Below are positions 21,001 through 29,158 of a stretch of 64,000 nt of DNA, one piece after another; positions within the stretch are counted from its first letter, which is position 1, and every line of letters begins with the position of its first letter. The stretch is from Patescibacteria group bacterium (GTDB lineage: Bacteria; Patescibacteriota; WWE3; JAMCXX01), in assembly GCA_023474425.1 (NCBI GenBank), contig JAMCXX010000002.1, positions 68,217 to 132,216 of the forward strand, read 5' to 3'. The position numbers and the translations under genes are program-made. The notes under the pieces were generated by a model, which saw nothing but the letters and a program-made list of their open reading frames with translations, did no database searches and was not told where the DNA came from.

Positions 21001-21250
21001 AGGCCGATTGATAGGTGAGGCCTTTTTCCAAAGCTTCTTCCACGGAAACTCCGGGCGGCTCAAAACGCGGTGAGGCAAAGGAAAGTTCCCAGCCACGGCC
21101 GGTGTAATCCTGAATGGGACTAACCTCTTCGAGAATTTCTTTAATACCGGTCTCAATTAGCCAGTTAAAAGAGTCATGCTGAATCGCCGAAAGGTTCGGT
21201 AGTGGATGGGAAGGCAGGTTCTTTTGGGGATTCTGTAGAAAGTAACGCAT
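18002..21250 (-). CDS. rpoB: DNA-directed RNA polymerase subunit beta
   Basis: 1082 aa with [11 protein letters not shown] and [21 protein letters not shown]. Overlaps the rpoC start by 14 nt. Confidence 0.97.
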   Translation of the reverse strand: [1082 protein letters not shown]

Positions 21251-21266
21251 TTAGGTAAAGAAACCT

Positions 21267-21292
21267 AAAAAGGCGCACACAAAACGCGCGCC
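21267..21292 (-). terminator. Intrinsic terminator/attenuator between mltG and rpoB
   Basis: On the minus strand: GGCGCGC-GTTTT-GTGCGCC (one G.U pair) followed by TTTTT. Lies only 16 nt upstream of the rpoB ATG. Confidence 0.6.
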
Positions 21293-21360
21293 CTCTACCA
21301 GGCGATAATTACAGAAAGACGCTTTCTTGGTTAGAGAATAACAAAAATAATTACCGGTTG

Positions 21361-22374
21361 TCAAGGGGTAAGGTATTTTTGAATGTTCCGATTGTGTTCG
21401 GCCAGAGTTTGGGCAAAATGGGTAATCCCCTGTTTATCGGTCAAGTAAAACCAGTAAGGGGTCTCCACCGATTGGTAAACGGCTTTAATCGAGGGCAGAC
21501 CAGGATTGCAAATGGGGGATGGCGGCAAGCCTAGGTGCTGGCGCGTGTTATAAGGAGAATCAATTTTTAAATCGTTGAGACTAATCTCCCCCGGCCAGAA
21601 TTCAAAGTTTTCCAGATTTTCAAAAGAAAGGTTAGCCAACTTCTGGGAAGCAACGGCGTACTGCACGGTGGCATCAGCCTCTAGGGGCCAACCGCTCTGA
21701 AGTCTCTTTAAAAGAATTCCGGCGATAATTGGTCGGTCCTCGTCTTTTCTGGCCTCTCTCTCTACGATTGAAGAAAGAATTATAATATCCTTTTGCGAGA
21801 GATTGGTGGAATTATCCTGACCGCCGATTGACTGACTATATTTTTCCTTAAAAGTATTATTCATTACCCGAACCAGGTCTGCCGCCTTTATATCATGAGG
21901 CACAATGTACGTATCGGGGAAAAGATAACCGTCTAGTCCCTGGCTGGCCTTTAAAAAGTCCTCATAAAATGAGGGGTCCGCTAACTGGCGGGCGGCGTAG
22001 TCGGCCATTTCCTCCCTTCTCCAGCCTTCGGGGAAAGTCAGCCTCACGTCAAACTTGCCGTGCTGCAAAACATCTACGATTTGAACGATAGATAGAGTTC
22101 TCGGCAATCGGTAGTAACCGGCCTGAAGTTTTGATTCCAGGTCATGAAGCCGAACATAAAGTTTAAAAGCCGAAGCGGAATTAATCAGCTGGGCCTGACG
22201 CAGCTCATCGGCAATCTCGTAAACGTGTTCGCCCGGCCGGACCACAAATTCGGCCAAACCGCTTTGTCCGTAATTGGTCCGCGTGACCGAGATTTTGTAA
22301 TACGCATAACCTCCCAGCAAAAATGCGGCCAAAACAACTAACGATAGCAAAATCAAGCGGGAATATTTCTTCAT
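21361..22374 (-). CDS. mltG: Endolytic murein transglycosylase MltG (YceG-like)
   Basis: 337 aa with an N-terminal TM helix and YceG motifs LTFPEGWRREEM and SIVEREA. Confidence 0.8.
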   Translation of the reverse strand: MKKYSRLILLSLVVLAAFLLGGYAYYKISVTRTNYGQSGLAEFVVRPGEHVYEIADELRQAQLINSASAFKLYVRLHDLESKLQAGYYRLPRTLSIVQIVDVLQHGKFDVRLTFPEGWRREEMADYAARQLADPSFYEDFLKASQGLDGYLFPDTYIVPHDIKAADLVRVMNNTFKEKYSQSIGGQDNSTNLSQKDIIILSSIVEREARKDEDRPIIAGILLKRLQSGWPLEADATVQYAVASQKLANLSFENLENFEFWPGEISLNDLKIDSPYNTRQHLGLPPSPICNPGLPSIKAVYQSVETPYWFYLTDKQGITHFAQTLAEHNRNIQKYLTP

Positions 22375-22393
22375 ATAAACGATATTCTATCAA

Positions 22394-23443
22394 TTATTCT
22401 CCCAAGGAACTATTTTTAAGATCCGGGTTTTTAAGTTTAATTATTTTTTGAACCATACCGACCGTTGCCGACGAGTAATTCTTATCCGCAGCAAACAACT
22501 CCCAGTCTTCGGGTCGATGGGCGTCCACCCCGCCGGAAGTGAAAAGATCAAAACGCCGAGCCAGACTCTTTAAGTAAGTCTGGTCGGATTTGAACTTCTT
22601 TTTCCAAAGAACGTTCTTGTAAAGGAAAAGGTCGTAAACCGTTTCCACGCCGTCGAGTCTCTTTTCGCGGGCGATTTTTTCCAAAAGTTTTCGACTCACG
22701 TTGTCCCTATCGAAGCTCCAGTGAGCTAAGGTCGCCAAACCACCGGCTCCTCGGATTAGGTTGACAACCCTCACCATACCCGGCTTAGCCTCTTTAGGCA
22801 GATCTATCTTCAGCGGCGAGTCGTCGCGCAGAAATATATTAAAATATTTCTGTTTGTCGCCGCGGTCGTCCGCCATCATTTCCCGATAAAGAACGGCAAC
22901 TTGTCTATTCCGAACGGACAAGGATGCCATCTTCCCGACGTATTTATTCAAGATTAGTCGGTTCTCTTTATGACGTTCAAGGACATTAACCAAATTCAAG
23001 GCGGTCGGTATACCGTTGGCGTTAACCGTTGCCAAAACCTCTTCAAGGCTAATTGCAAATTTCAACTTTCTAAACTCTTTAACCCGTTGGCTCAATCTTC
23101 TTAAACGAAGTTCATGGATTTCTTGGGTCAATGATAAAAGCGGTCCGTTAGAAGGATCAACGAAGAGCCCAACGATGTGGAACAGGTGATCATTTTTGTC
23201 CGCAATTTCCTGCGGATAGCCGGAGGTAACCTCAATACCAAAAATATATTTGACGGGAAAATCCTTTAAACCTCGCAACTCCTTTACTTGCTTTTGATCC
23301 GGCAGGGTATCGTGATCGGTAAAAGCGACCACACCAATGTTATTTTTGGCGCAAGCCTCCAAGACCTGACGGTGGGTTAAAGAGCCGTCAGAATTGGTGG
23401 TATGTCCGTGAAGCGACTGCAGAAGAAACTTTTCATTTTTCAT
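22394..23443 (-). CDS. PHP-domain phosphoesterase
   Basis: 349 aa with N-terminal LHGHTTNSDGS...VVAFTDHDT (PHP metal-binding motifs). Confidence 0.7.
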   Translation of the reverse strand: MKNEKFLLQSLHGHTTNSDGSLTHRQVLEACAKNNIGVVAFTDHDTLPDQKQVKELRGLKDFPVKYIFGIEVTSGYPQEIADKNDHLFHIVGLFVDPSNGPLLSLTQEIHELRLRRLSQRVKEFRKLKFAISLEEVLATVNANGIPTALNLVNVLERHKENRLILNKYVGKMASLSVRNRQVAVLYREMMADDRGDKQKYFNIFLRDDSPLKIDLPKEAKPGMVRVVNLIRGAGGLATLAHWSFDRDNVSRKLLEKIAREKRLDGVETVYDLFLYKNVLWKKKFKSDQTYLKSLARRFDLFTSGGVDAHRPEDWELFAADKNYSSATVGMVQKIIKLKNPDLKNSSLGE

Positions 23444-23490
23444 AGGGTATAAGTATAAACAACTTATGTTAAAATTAACACTTTAAGACT

Positions 23491-24045
23491 ATGACCGTTT
23501 TGACTCATGCCGTCATTGGAGGCCTTGCGGGGTCTTTAGCCCCCAACCCGTTTCTTTCCGCGCTATTCGGCTTCCTTTCCCATTTCTTAAGCGACATTAT
23601 TCCCCACAACGACTATCTTTATTTTTACTACGGCAAACCCAAAAACCCCTACACTTCAGTAATTAACCGGATAATCCTGGGTCTCACTGCTCTTTATCTT
23701 CTGGCAATTATTTTGAGCCGGCCGGCGAGTTCTTCCCTGCCGATTGTTCTCGGATCTTTTTTCGGCATTCTGCCGGACATTCTCACCGGTCTAGGCCAGA
23801 CATTTTTTAAGCGGGAAACCGCCTTTGACAAGTTTCACGGACTTACCCATTGGCGCCTAGCCCTAGGCGAGTTTCTCCACAACAAGCTTTCCCGCTCGGA
23901 AAAAATTGACCGCCGTGATTTTATTGTGGCTAGATTCGATCAGCTCAAGAATTCCCGTTGGGCCAGGCTCGGATGGACGGCGGAAACAGCTTTCGAATTA
24001 ATTGTCCTTTTTTATTGCTTAAGACTTTTGGGGTTCGGTATTTAG
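23491..24045 (+). CDS. Membrane-bound metal-dependent hydrolase, YdjM/DUF457-like
   Basis: 184 aa with several hydrophobic helices and THAVIGGLAG...HFLSDIIPHND. The 3' end overlaps ruvX convergently. Confidence 0.5.
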   Translation: MTVLTHAVIGGLAGSLAPNPFLSALFGFLSHFLSDIIPHNDYLYFYYGKPKNPYTSVINRIILGLTALYLLAIILSRPASSSLPIVLGSFFGILPDILTGLGQTFFKRETAFDKFHGLTHWRLALGEFLHNKLSRSEKIDRRDFIVARFDQLKNSRWARLGWTAETAFELIVLFYCLRLLGFGI

Positions 24046-24471
24046 ACTGGCTTTAGACGAGGCGAGATAGTTTTCCAAAATTAGACAGGCGGAAAGGCTC
24101 CCTTCCCAGCCTCGCCGTTTCGACCGGGGTCGAATAAAGTAGGCAGGGTCCTCCCGTGCCGCCCGGGAAGTCAGACTCTCATCGGCAAAAAAGATTTTAA
24201 TCTTCTTATTTTTGGCCAAAATATTTTCCGAAAGCTTTTTTATGGAACGGGACAAAGTTCCCTCCCGCCCATTCGGCGGACGCGGATGACCAAAGACGAT
24301 TGTTGCGGCATCGTACAAGCGGCAGACGTTTAAGAGTTCGTTAGCAATCCGACTTGTGGAGTTAAAGGATAAACTCGGCAGCGGCGAGATAAGAAAGGAA
24401 CCATCCGAATTATTTGAGAGCAGGGCCAGGCCTACCGTCTTAAAGCCGAAATCTACTCCCAAAATATTCAT
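24019..24471 (-). CDS. ruvX: Putative pre-16S rRNA nuclease / Holliday-junction resolvase-like YqgF
   Basis: 150 aa with MNILGVDFGFKTVGLALL, the RNase H-like YqgF N-terminus. Conserved alaS...ruvX...mltG neighbourhood. Confidence 0.8.
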   Translation of the reverse strand: MNILGVDFGFKTVGLALLSNNSDGSFLISPLPSLSFNSTSRIANELLNVCRLYDAATIVFGHPRPPNGREGTLSRSIKKLSENILAKNKKIKIFFADESLTSRAAREDPAYFIRPRSKRRGWEGSLSACLILENYLASSKASLNTEPQKS

Positions 24472-25967
24472 TTCCGAATAACAACTACCTCCAAATTTTT
24501 GGCCCTAAAAGGCATAAACGGCAACAAATTTAAACCGGAGCGGCTCAAACTATAAGAACTGATTTTTCCCAGCGAGGTAAGAATTTCGTTGGCCCGGGAA
24601 ACTCTTTGAGAAATAAGCTCCCGCTTTATTTCGTTTTGGTCAATTTTTGGTACAACAAACCCGGTGCCGCGGGCCGTTACGGTTAGGACCCCACCGGCGT
24701 ATTGCGAGGACTGAACCTGAACATTTTGGTCTTTGCCAAAAAGCTCGTAACCATCCGGCACATAATTACTCAATAGTTGACCAACTAGAGAGTTAAGGTC
24801 ATTCTGGGAGAAAGCCAAAACCGAAGCCTTAAGATCCAGATTCAAGGTCAGACTATCCGCCTGGTCACCGGGATTCTTATCATAATTTTTACTAACGACC
24901 TCGTAATTAATACTGTCCTCGTTAATGGTCTGACCGCTAATCACCTTATCCAAAAGCGTTTTTTTAAGACCGGACTGCAGGGCTGTCTCCAAGGAATTAA
25001 GCAGGCCGGCCGCGTCGGTGGCGGTTACCACTTTAACCTCCTGCCGGCTGCCGCCGCCAAAACTATCCTGATTGCTGGCCACAAAATCGCTGGTGGCCTT
25101 GGTACCCACCGAAAAAATTGACCCTGAAGACACGTTGTATTCATCGCCGAGAGAACCGGCAACAACATCCACCCCGGCCGTACCCGGATCGTAGCCGCTT
25201 TGAGCGGCGGGATCGGCGGTTCGGGCCGGAACGGTGACATCGCTTTTGGTAATAAAGTTCAAATTATCGGCGTTAATTTGGCTCTTGCTCACCGTTGTTC
25301 CGGCCGGAAAAGTAACGTCGGCGGTTGTCTTGTTATAAATAGTCACCCGCCCCACGGCCTTATTACCAATCTCCTTCTGACCGCTCGAGGGGGTACTCTC
25401 CGATTGCTTGGCCTCGGCGGTAATTTCAAAAGCGGGGACGGACGGCGGGTCCTTGGTAACGGTGGTAATATTTGGCGAGGCCTCAATGTCAATTACTTTC
25501 ACCAAAGGCTCCGAGTCAACGGTCAGAGTTACTTTGGCGTGGGGAGAAAAATAAAAAACAAAAACGGCTCCGGCGGTTATAAGGATTATGACCAAAAGAA
25601 GAAGCAGTGTCGGTCCGAAAGAAAGCCGCCGAAAGTTAAAATGGGGACGGGGTAGAGAGGACAAGAATCCAAATAACCTAAATTTTTCGGCTGAAACCGT
25701 GTGTGGCAAATTACTGGAATCAACCGGAGACCGAACTTGGCCCCCGTTTAAGAGTTCCTCCAGATAAGCATAATTAGAATCGTCAAAAAGAAAACGCAGG
25801 TTCTTGCCCAACTGCCCCGCTCGGGCTTTAAGAATCTTAAAAGCGAGAAGATTTTCCAAAAGAGGGCTGCTACCCGAAACTACCAACTCGATTTCGGTAT
25901 CTTCAACTTTCTTTATCCTCTCGATTGTCTGCCACAATCCGTCGGATTCAGAACTTATCCGGTACAT
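24468..25967 (-). CDS. Hypothetical single-pass membrane protein (about 115-aa cytoplasmic N-domain, TM helix, about 360-aa Thr/Ser/Val-rich external domain)
   Basis: 499 aa with TM segment GPTLLLLLVIILITAGAVFVFYF. Overlaps the upstream ftsA-like gene by 20 nt and ruvX by 4 nt. I cannot assign a family by eye. Confidence 0.6.
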   Translation of the reverse strand: MYRISSESDGLWQTIERIKKVEDTEIELVVSGSSPLLENLLAFKILKARAGQLGKNLRFLFDDSNYAYLEELLNGGQVRSPVDSSNLPHTVSAEKFRLFGFLSSLPRPHFNFRRLSFGPTLLLLLVIILITAGAVFVFYFSPHAKVTLTVDSEPLVKVIDIEASPNITTVTKDPPSVPAFEITAEAKQSESTPSSGQKEIGNKAVGRVTIYNKTTADVTFPAGTTVSKSQINADNLNFITKSDVTVPARTADPAAQSGYDPGTAGVDVVAGSLGDEYNVSSGSIFSVGTKATSDFVASNQDSFGGGSRQEVKVVTATDAAGLLNSLETALQSGLKKTLLDKVISGQTINEDSINYEVVSKNYDKNPGDQADSLTLNLDLKASVLAFSQNDLNSLVGQLLSNYVPDGYELFGKDQNVQVQSSQYAGGVLTVTARGTGFVVPKIDQNEIKRELISQRVSRANEILTSLGKISSYSLSRSGLNLLPFMPFRAKNLEVVVIRK

Positions 25968-27132
25968 AACTTTTTTGAAAAACTTCCACCGCCGACAAAA
26001 GCGGCAAGAAACTTAAATGATTATTATCGGCACCGGTATAATTAATTTCCGGAGTCAGTCCTTTATCCAAACCGTAAACATCTAAAAAGTTAAGAAAGGA
26101 GGTAGAGCTGCCCTTCACAAATTCACCTAGGGCCTCACGGATATTCTCGGGTTTTATTCCCCGTCCGAAGAAATAGACGGGAATCCGGGCAAACTTTGAG
26201 CCTTGGGTTATTTCGGTGAGAGACTGATCAAGACTATACGTCCAGAGTTTAAAAAAATCTGCCGCTTCCGATGGCGAAAACTCCCCCCTCCTCTTCCTCT
26301 CTTCGGCGTCTTCCGTGGTCAAACCTAATTTTTGGCAAAGATTTATGGTTAAATCCCGACCGCCAAGAGGGATAGTTCTCTCGCCCACAATTTTCCCCAA
26401 AGAAACTAAACAGACATCGGTTACTTGAAATCCAACGTCAACTAAAACTGCCGAAAAGTTTCCCCGAGTCTTCTTAATTAAATCTAGAAGACCCACCGTC
26501 TGGTCAAAAACCAGAAGGTTCTTTTTGTTAAGACCGCGGCTGATTTTTTCCAAGAGCTTGCGGGTGGGACTTGAGGCAAAGGAGGCCAAAACCGAAACCT
26601 TAAAAGTCGGCTCAATTACCGCAGCCAAGGACTCCAGGCCTATTCCGTCCGATGATTCAAAGCTAACGACCCGCTCGTAAAAAGATTCCACTTCGGGCGA
26701 CGGGTCGCCGGAGATTCGGGAAAATTCCTTTTTAATTTCCCCGGCAACTTGGCGTTTAATCTCCTTCTCTATTTTGTCTTTCTCGCCTCTGCCAAGCCTC
26801 CCGGCCGTGGGTCTTTTAACTTCCAAATCCACTGTGACCGACTTTACGAACTCTCCGGAAAGCGGGAATACCAAACCCGGCGGCGTAAAGCCGCAGGCAA
26901 GGGAAGCCTTCCTTAAAGCCCTTCCTGCCGTTTCCTGAAAATCGTTTAAGTCCGAAACCAGACCGGAAAGAATCGTCCCGTTTTTAAATAATTCTTCACC
27001 AAAACCGAGTAAAGTTGGGGTAAAGGTTGTTAAATCAACAATGGCGGCCTTAACCGAAGAGGTGCCCAGGTCCAAAAGAGCGATGCTTTGAGGTTTAGAT
27101 TTCGCCGAAAAGTTTTTAAGAAAATTCAGCAT
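25948..27132 (-). CDS. Actin-like ATPase of the FtsA/PilM family
   Basis: 394 aa with IALLDLGTSSVKAAIV (phosphate-1 motif) and IVGERTIPLGGRDLTINLCQKLGLTTEDAEERK, typical of FtsA/PilM. Confidence 0.65.
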   Translation of the reverse strand: MLNFLKNFSAKSKPQSIALLDLGTSSVKAAIVDLTTFTPTLLGFGEELFKNGTILSGLVSDLNDFQETAGRALRKASLACGFTPPGLVFPLSGEFVKSVTVDLEVKRPTAGRLGRGEKDKIEKEIKRQVAGEIKKEFSRISGDPSPEVESFYERVVSFESSDGIGLESLAAVIEPTFKVSVLASFASSPTRKLLEKISRGLNKKNLLVFDQTVGLLDLIKKTRGNFSAVLVDVGFQVTDVCLVSLGKIVGERTIPLGGRDLTINLCQKLGLTTEDAEERKRRGEFSPSEAADFFKLWTYSLDQSLTEITQGSKFARIPVYFFGRGIKPENIREALGEFVKGSSTSFLNFLDVYGLDKGLTPEINYTGADNNHLSFLPLLSAVEVFQKSYVPDKF

Positions 27133-27160
27133 AGGCAGACAGTGAAAATTAACCTAATTA

Positions 27161-27257
27161 CTAATTTCTAACCGCTACAATTAACCATAACGACAACGAC
27201 TCAATTCCTAACTTGTAAATTGGTGCTTTTTTAGAAATTAGGTCAATTAGAAATTTA
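27161..27257 (+). repeat. 11-mer CTAATTTCTAA in inverted and direct copies in the alaS / ftsA-like spacer
   Basis: CTAATTTCTAA (27161-27171), perfect inverted copy TTAGAAATTAG (27231-27241), and a 10/11 copy TTAGAAATTTA (27247-27257). Confidence 0.6.
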
Positions 27258-27263
27258 TATATT

Positions 27264-29090
27264 TTAACCTTCAACCTCGCCCCGGATGCGTCTAACGCCG
27301 GACGAGACGGCTTCCTCTTTAACAATTTTAAACCTTTTAAGCTCTCCGGTGTAATGGGCATGAGGGCCGCCGCAAAGCTCTTTAGAAAAATATTCGCCGG
27401 TGGTTTTTTCGGGACCGATTCTATACAGAGTCACTCTGTCCACGCTCTGGTACTTCTCTTCAAAGAGTGCTTCGGCGCCCTGGCTTCTGGCTTCCTCGAA
27501 AGAAGTGGTCAAGCATTCCACGGGAAGATTTTGGGCAATAGCGCGATTGACTAATTCCTCCACTTTCGCAAGTTCTACATCCGTCAGCTTACGTGAAAAA
27601 TTAAAGTCGTGGCGGAAAGACTTTTCGCTTATCTTTTGCCCCATCTGGTGGACTTCTAATCCTAGAATTTTCTTGAGAGCTGCGTTTAGAAGATGGGCGG
27701 CCGTGTGGGCGGTTTTAATTTTCTCCGGATCATACGCAGTTGCAGCGCGGGCGTCCCTCGACCTGTCCTTCTGCCTGGCCAAATTTTCCTCGAAGGCGGC
27801 CACGTCGACGTCAAACCCCTTGGCCTTGGCCAGGTCAACTGTTAAGTCAACGGGAAAACCGAGCGAGTCGTACAACCTGAAGGCAAAATCACCACCAACC
27901 TTTTTATTAGGATTTTTTCGTAAGTACTTGTCGAGTTCGGCCATCCCTCTTTTTAAAACGTCTCCGAACTTTTTCTCCTCATCTTCCAAAAGTTCGTGAA
28001 TGACGCTGTGAGTCTGGGCCAGATTTGGATAAGCTTCCTGAAACTCATTAACCACGGTTTCAGAAAGTTCGGAAACAAAGTAACCTTCAATTCCCAAAAG
28101 ATGACCGTGGGCAATAGCTCGGCGGATTAAGCGGCGCATAACATAACCTGCCTCTACATTGCTCGGGACTAAACCATCACTGGCCAAAAACGTAGACGCC
28201 CGCACGTGGTCGGCAATAATACGGACCGAACGTTCGTTAACGCGTTCGGCGGTAATCTTGGCTAGGGATTCTATTTCGGAGATTAAGGGCTTAAATAGAT
28301 CTGTATCGTAGGCGCTTTTGCCGCCCTGCAAAACCATGGCGAACCGCTCTAAACCCGCACCGGCGTCCACACTCTTTATGGGTAGGCTTTCCAAACTGCC
28401 ATCGGCTTTGCGCTCATAAGTCATAAAAACGCCGGCGTTCCAAATCTCTAGAAACCTGCCGCAGTCGTGAGTAGGCCCGCAGTCCGCCCGACCGCAGCCA
28501 AATTCCGGACCCAAGTCATAAAGAACATCGGTATTGGGACCGCAGGGGCCTTGTGGGCCGGAAAACCAAAAAGAATCTTTAAGGGGTAAACCAAGAATCC
28601 GTTCCGATCTGATACCCAAATCCAGCCAAATTTGACGGGTCTCGTTGTCTGGCGGCACACTGGACATACCACTATCGCCGCCAAAAACGCCAAAATACAG
28701 CTTGCCTTGGTCTATACCAAACTCCCTTAATAACTCAAGGGCAAATTCACATGCTTCCTTCTTAAAGTACGGGCCCCTGCCTTCCTTACCAAAAGGTTTA
28801 CCAATTTGACCAATACTCCAATTGCCCAGCATTTCAAAAAAAGTCAGATGGTGAATGTCGCCTACCTCGTCTATATCGTCGGTGCGTACGCATTTTTGAA
28901 CATCGGTTAGCCTTAACGAGGGAGGATTCTTTTGGCCCAAAAAATATGGTTTTAGGGGGGCCATACCGGAGTTGGTCAAAAGAAGTGTGGGGTCATACTC
29001 GGGAATGAGTGAAGCCGAGGGCAATCTTAAGTGCCCCCGCTTTTCAAAAAATTCAAGGAATTTATTTCTGATTTCGTTGTGTGACCACAT
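27264..29090 (-). CDS. alaS: Alanine--tRNA ligase, short form (608 aa; no C-terminal C-Ala/DHHA1 region)
   Basis: N-terminus MWSHNEIRNKFLEFFEKRGHLRLPSASLIP...LLTNSGMAPLKPYF. Editing-domain motifs HTAAHLL...CGGPH lie near the C-terminus. Confidence 0.92.
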   Translation of the reverse strand: MWSHNEIRNKFLEFFEKRGHLRLPSASLIPEYDPTLLLTNSGMAPLKPYFLGQKNPPSLRLTDVQKCVRTDDIDEVGDIHHLTFFEMLGNWSIGQIGKPFGKEGRGPYFKKEACEFALELLREFGIDQGKLYFGVFGGDSGMSSVPPDNETRQIWLDLGIRSERILGLPLKDSFWFSGPQGPCGPNTDVLYDLGPEFGCGRADCGPTHDCGRFLEIWNAGVFMTYERKADGSLESLPIKSVDAGAGLERFAMVLQGGKSAYDTDLFKPLISEIESLAKITAERVNERSVRIIADHVRASTFLASDGLVPSNVEAGYVMRRLIRRAIAHGHLLGIEGYFVSELSETVVNEFQEAYPNLAQTHSVIHELLEDEEKKFGDVLKRGMAELDKYLRKNPNKKVGGDFAFRLYDSLGFPVDLTVDLAKAKGFDVDVAAFEENLARQKDRSRDARAATAYDPEKIKTAHTAAHLLNAALKKILGLEVHQMGQKISEKSFRHDFNFSRKLTDVELAKVEELVNRAIAQNLPVECLTTSFEEARSQGAEALFEEKYQSVDRVTLYRIGPEKTTGEYFSKELCGGPHAHYTGELKRFKIVKEEAVSSGVRRIRGEVEG

Positions 29091-29096
29091 GGTTTA

Positions 29097-29125
29097 ATGA
29101 TAGGTAAAAAGGGGCGGGTTGACAA
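29097..29125 (-). promoter_or_regulatory. Sigma70-like promoter of alaS; predicts a leaderless mRNA
   Basis: On the minus strand, TTGTCA (29125-29120), 17 nt, TATCAT (29102-29097), then 6 nt (TAAACC) to the ATG at 29090. Confidence 0.55.
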
Positions 29126-29158
29126 TGCTTACGACCCCCCCCGCTGGTTTCGGAAGGT

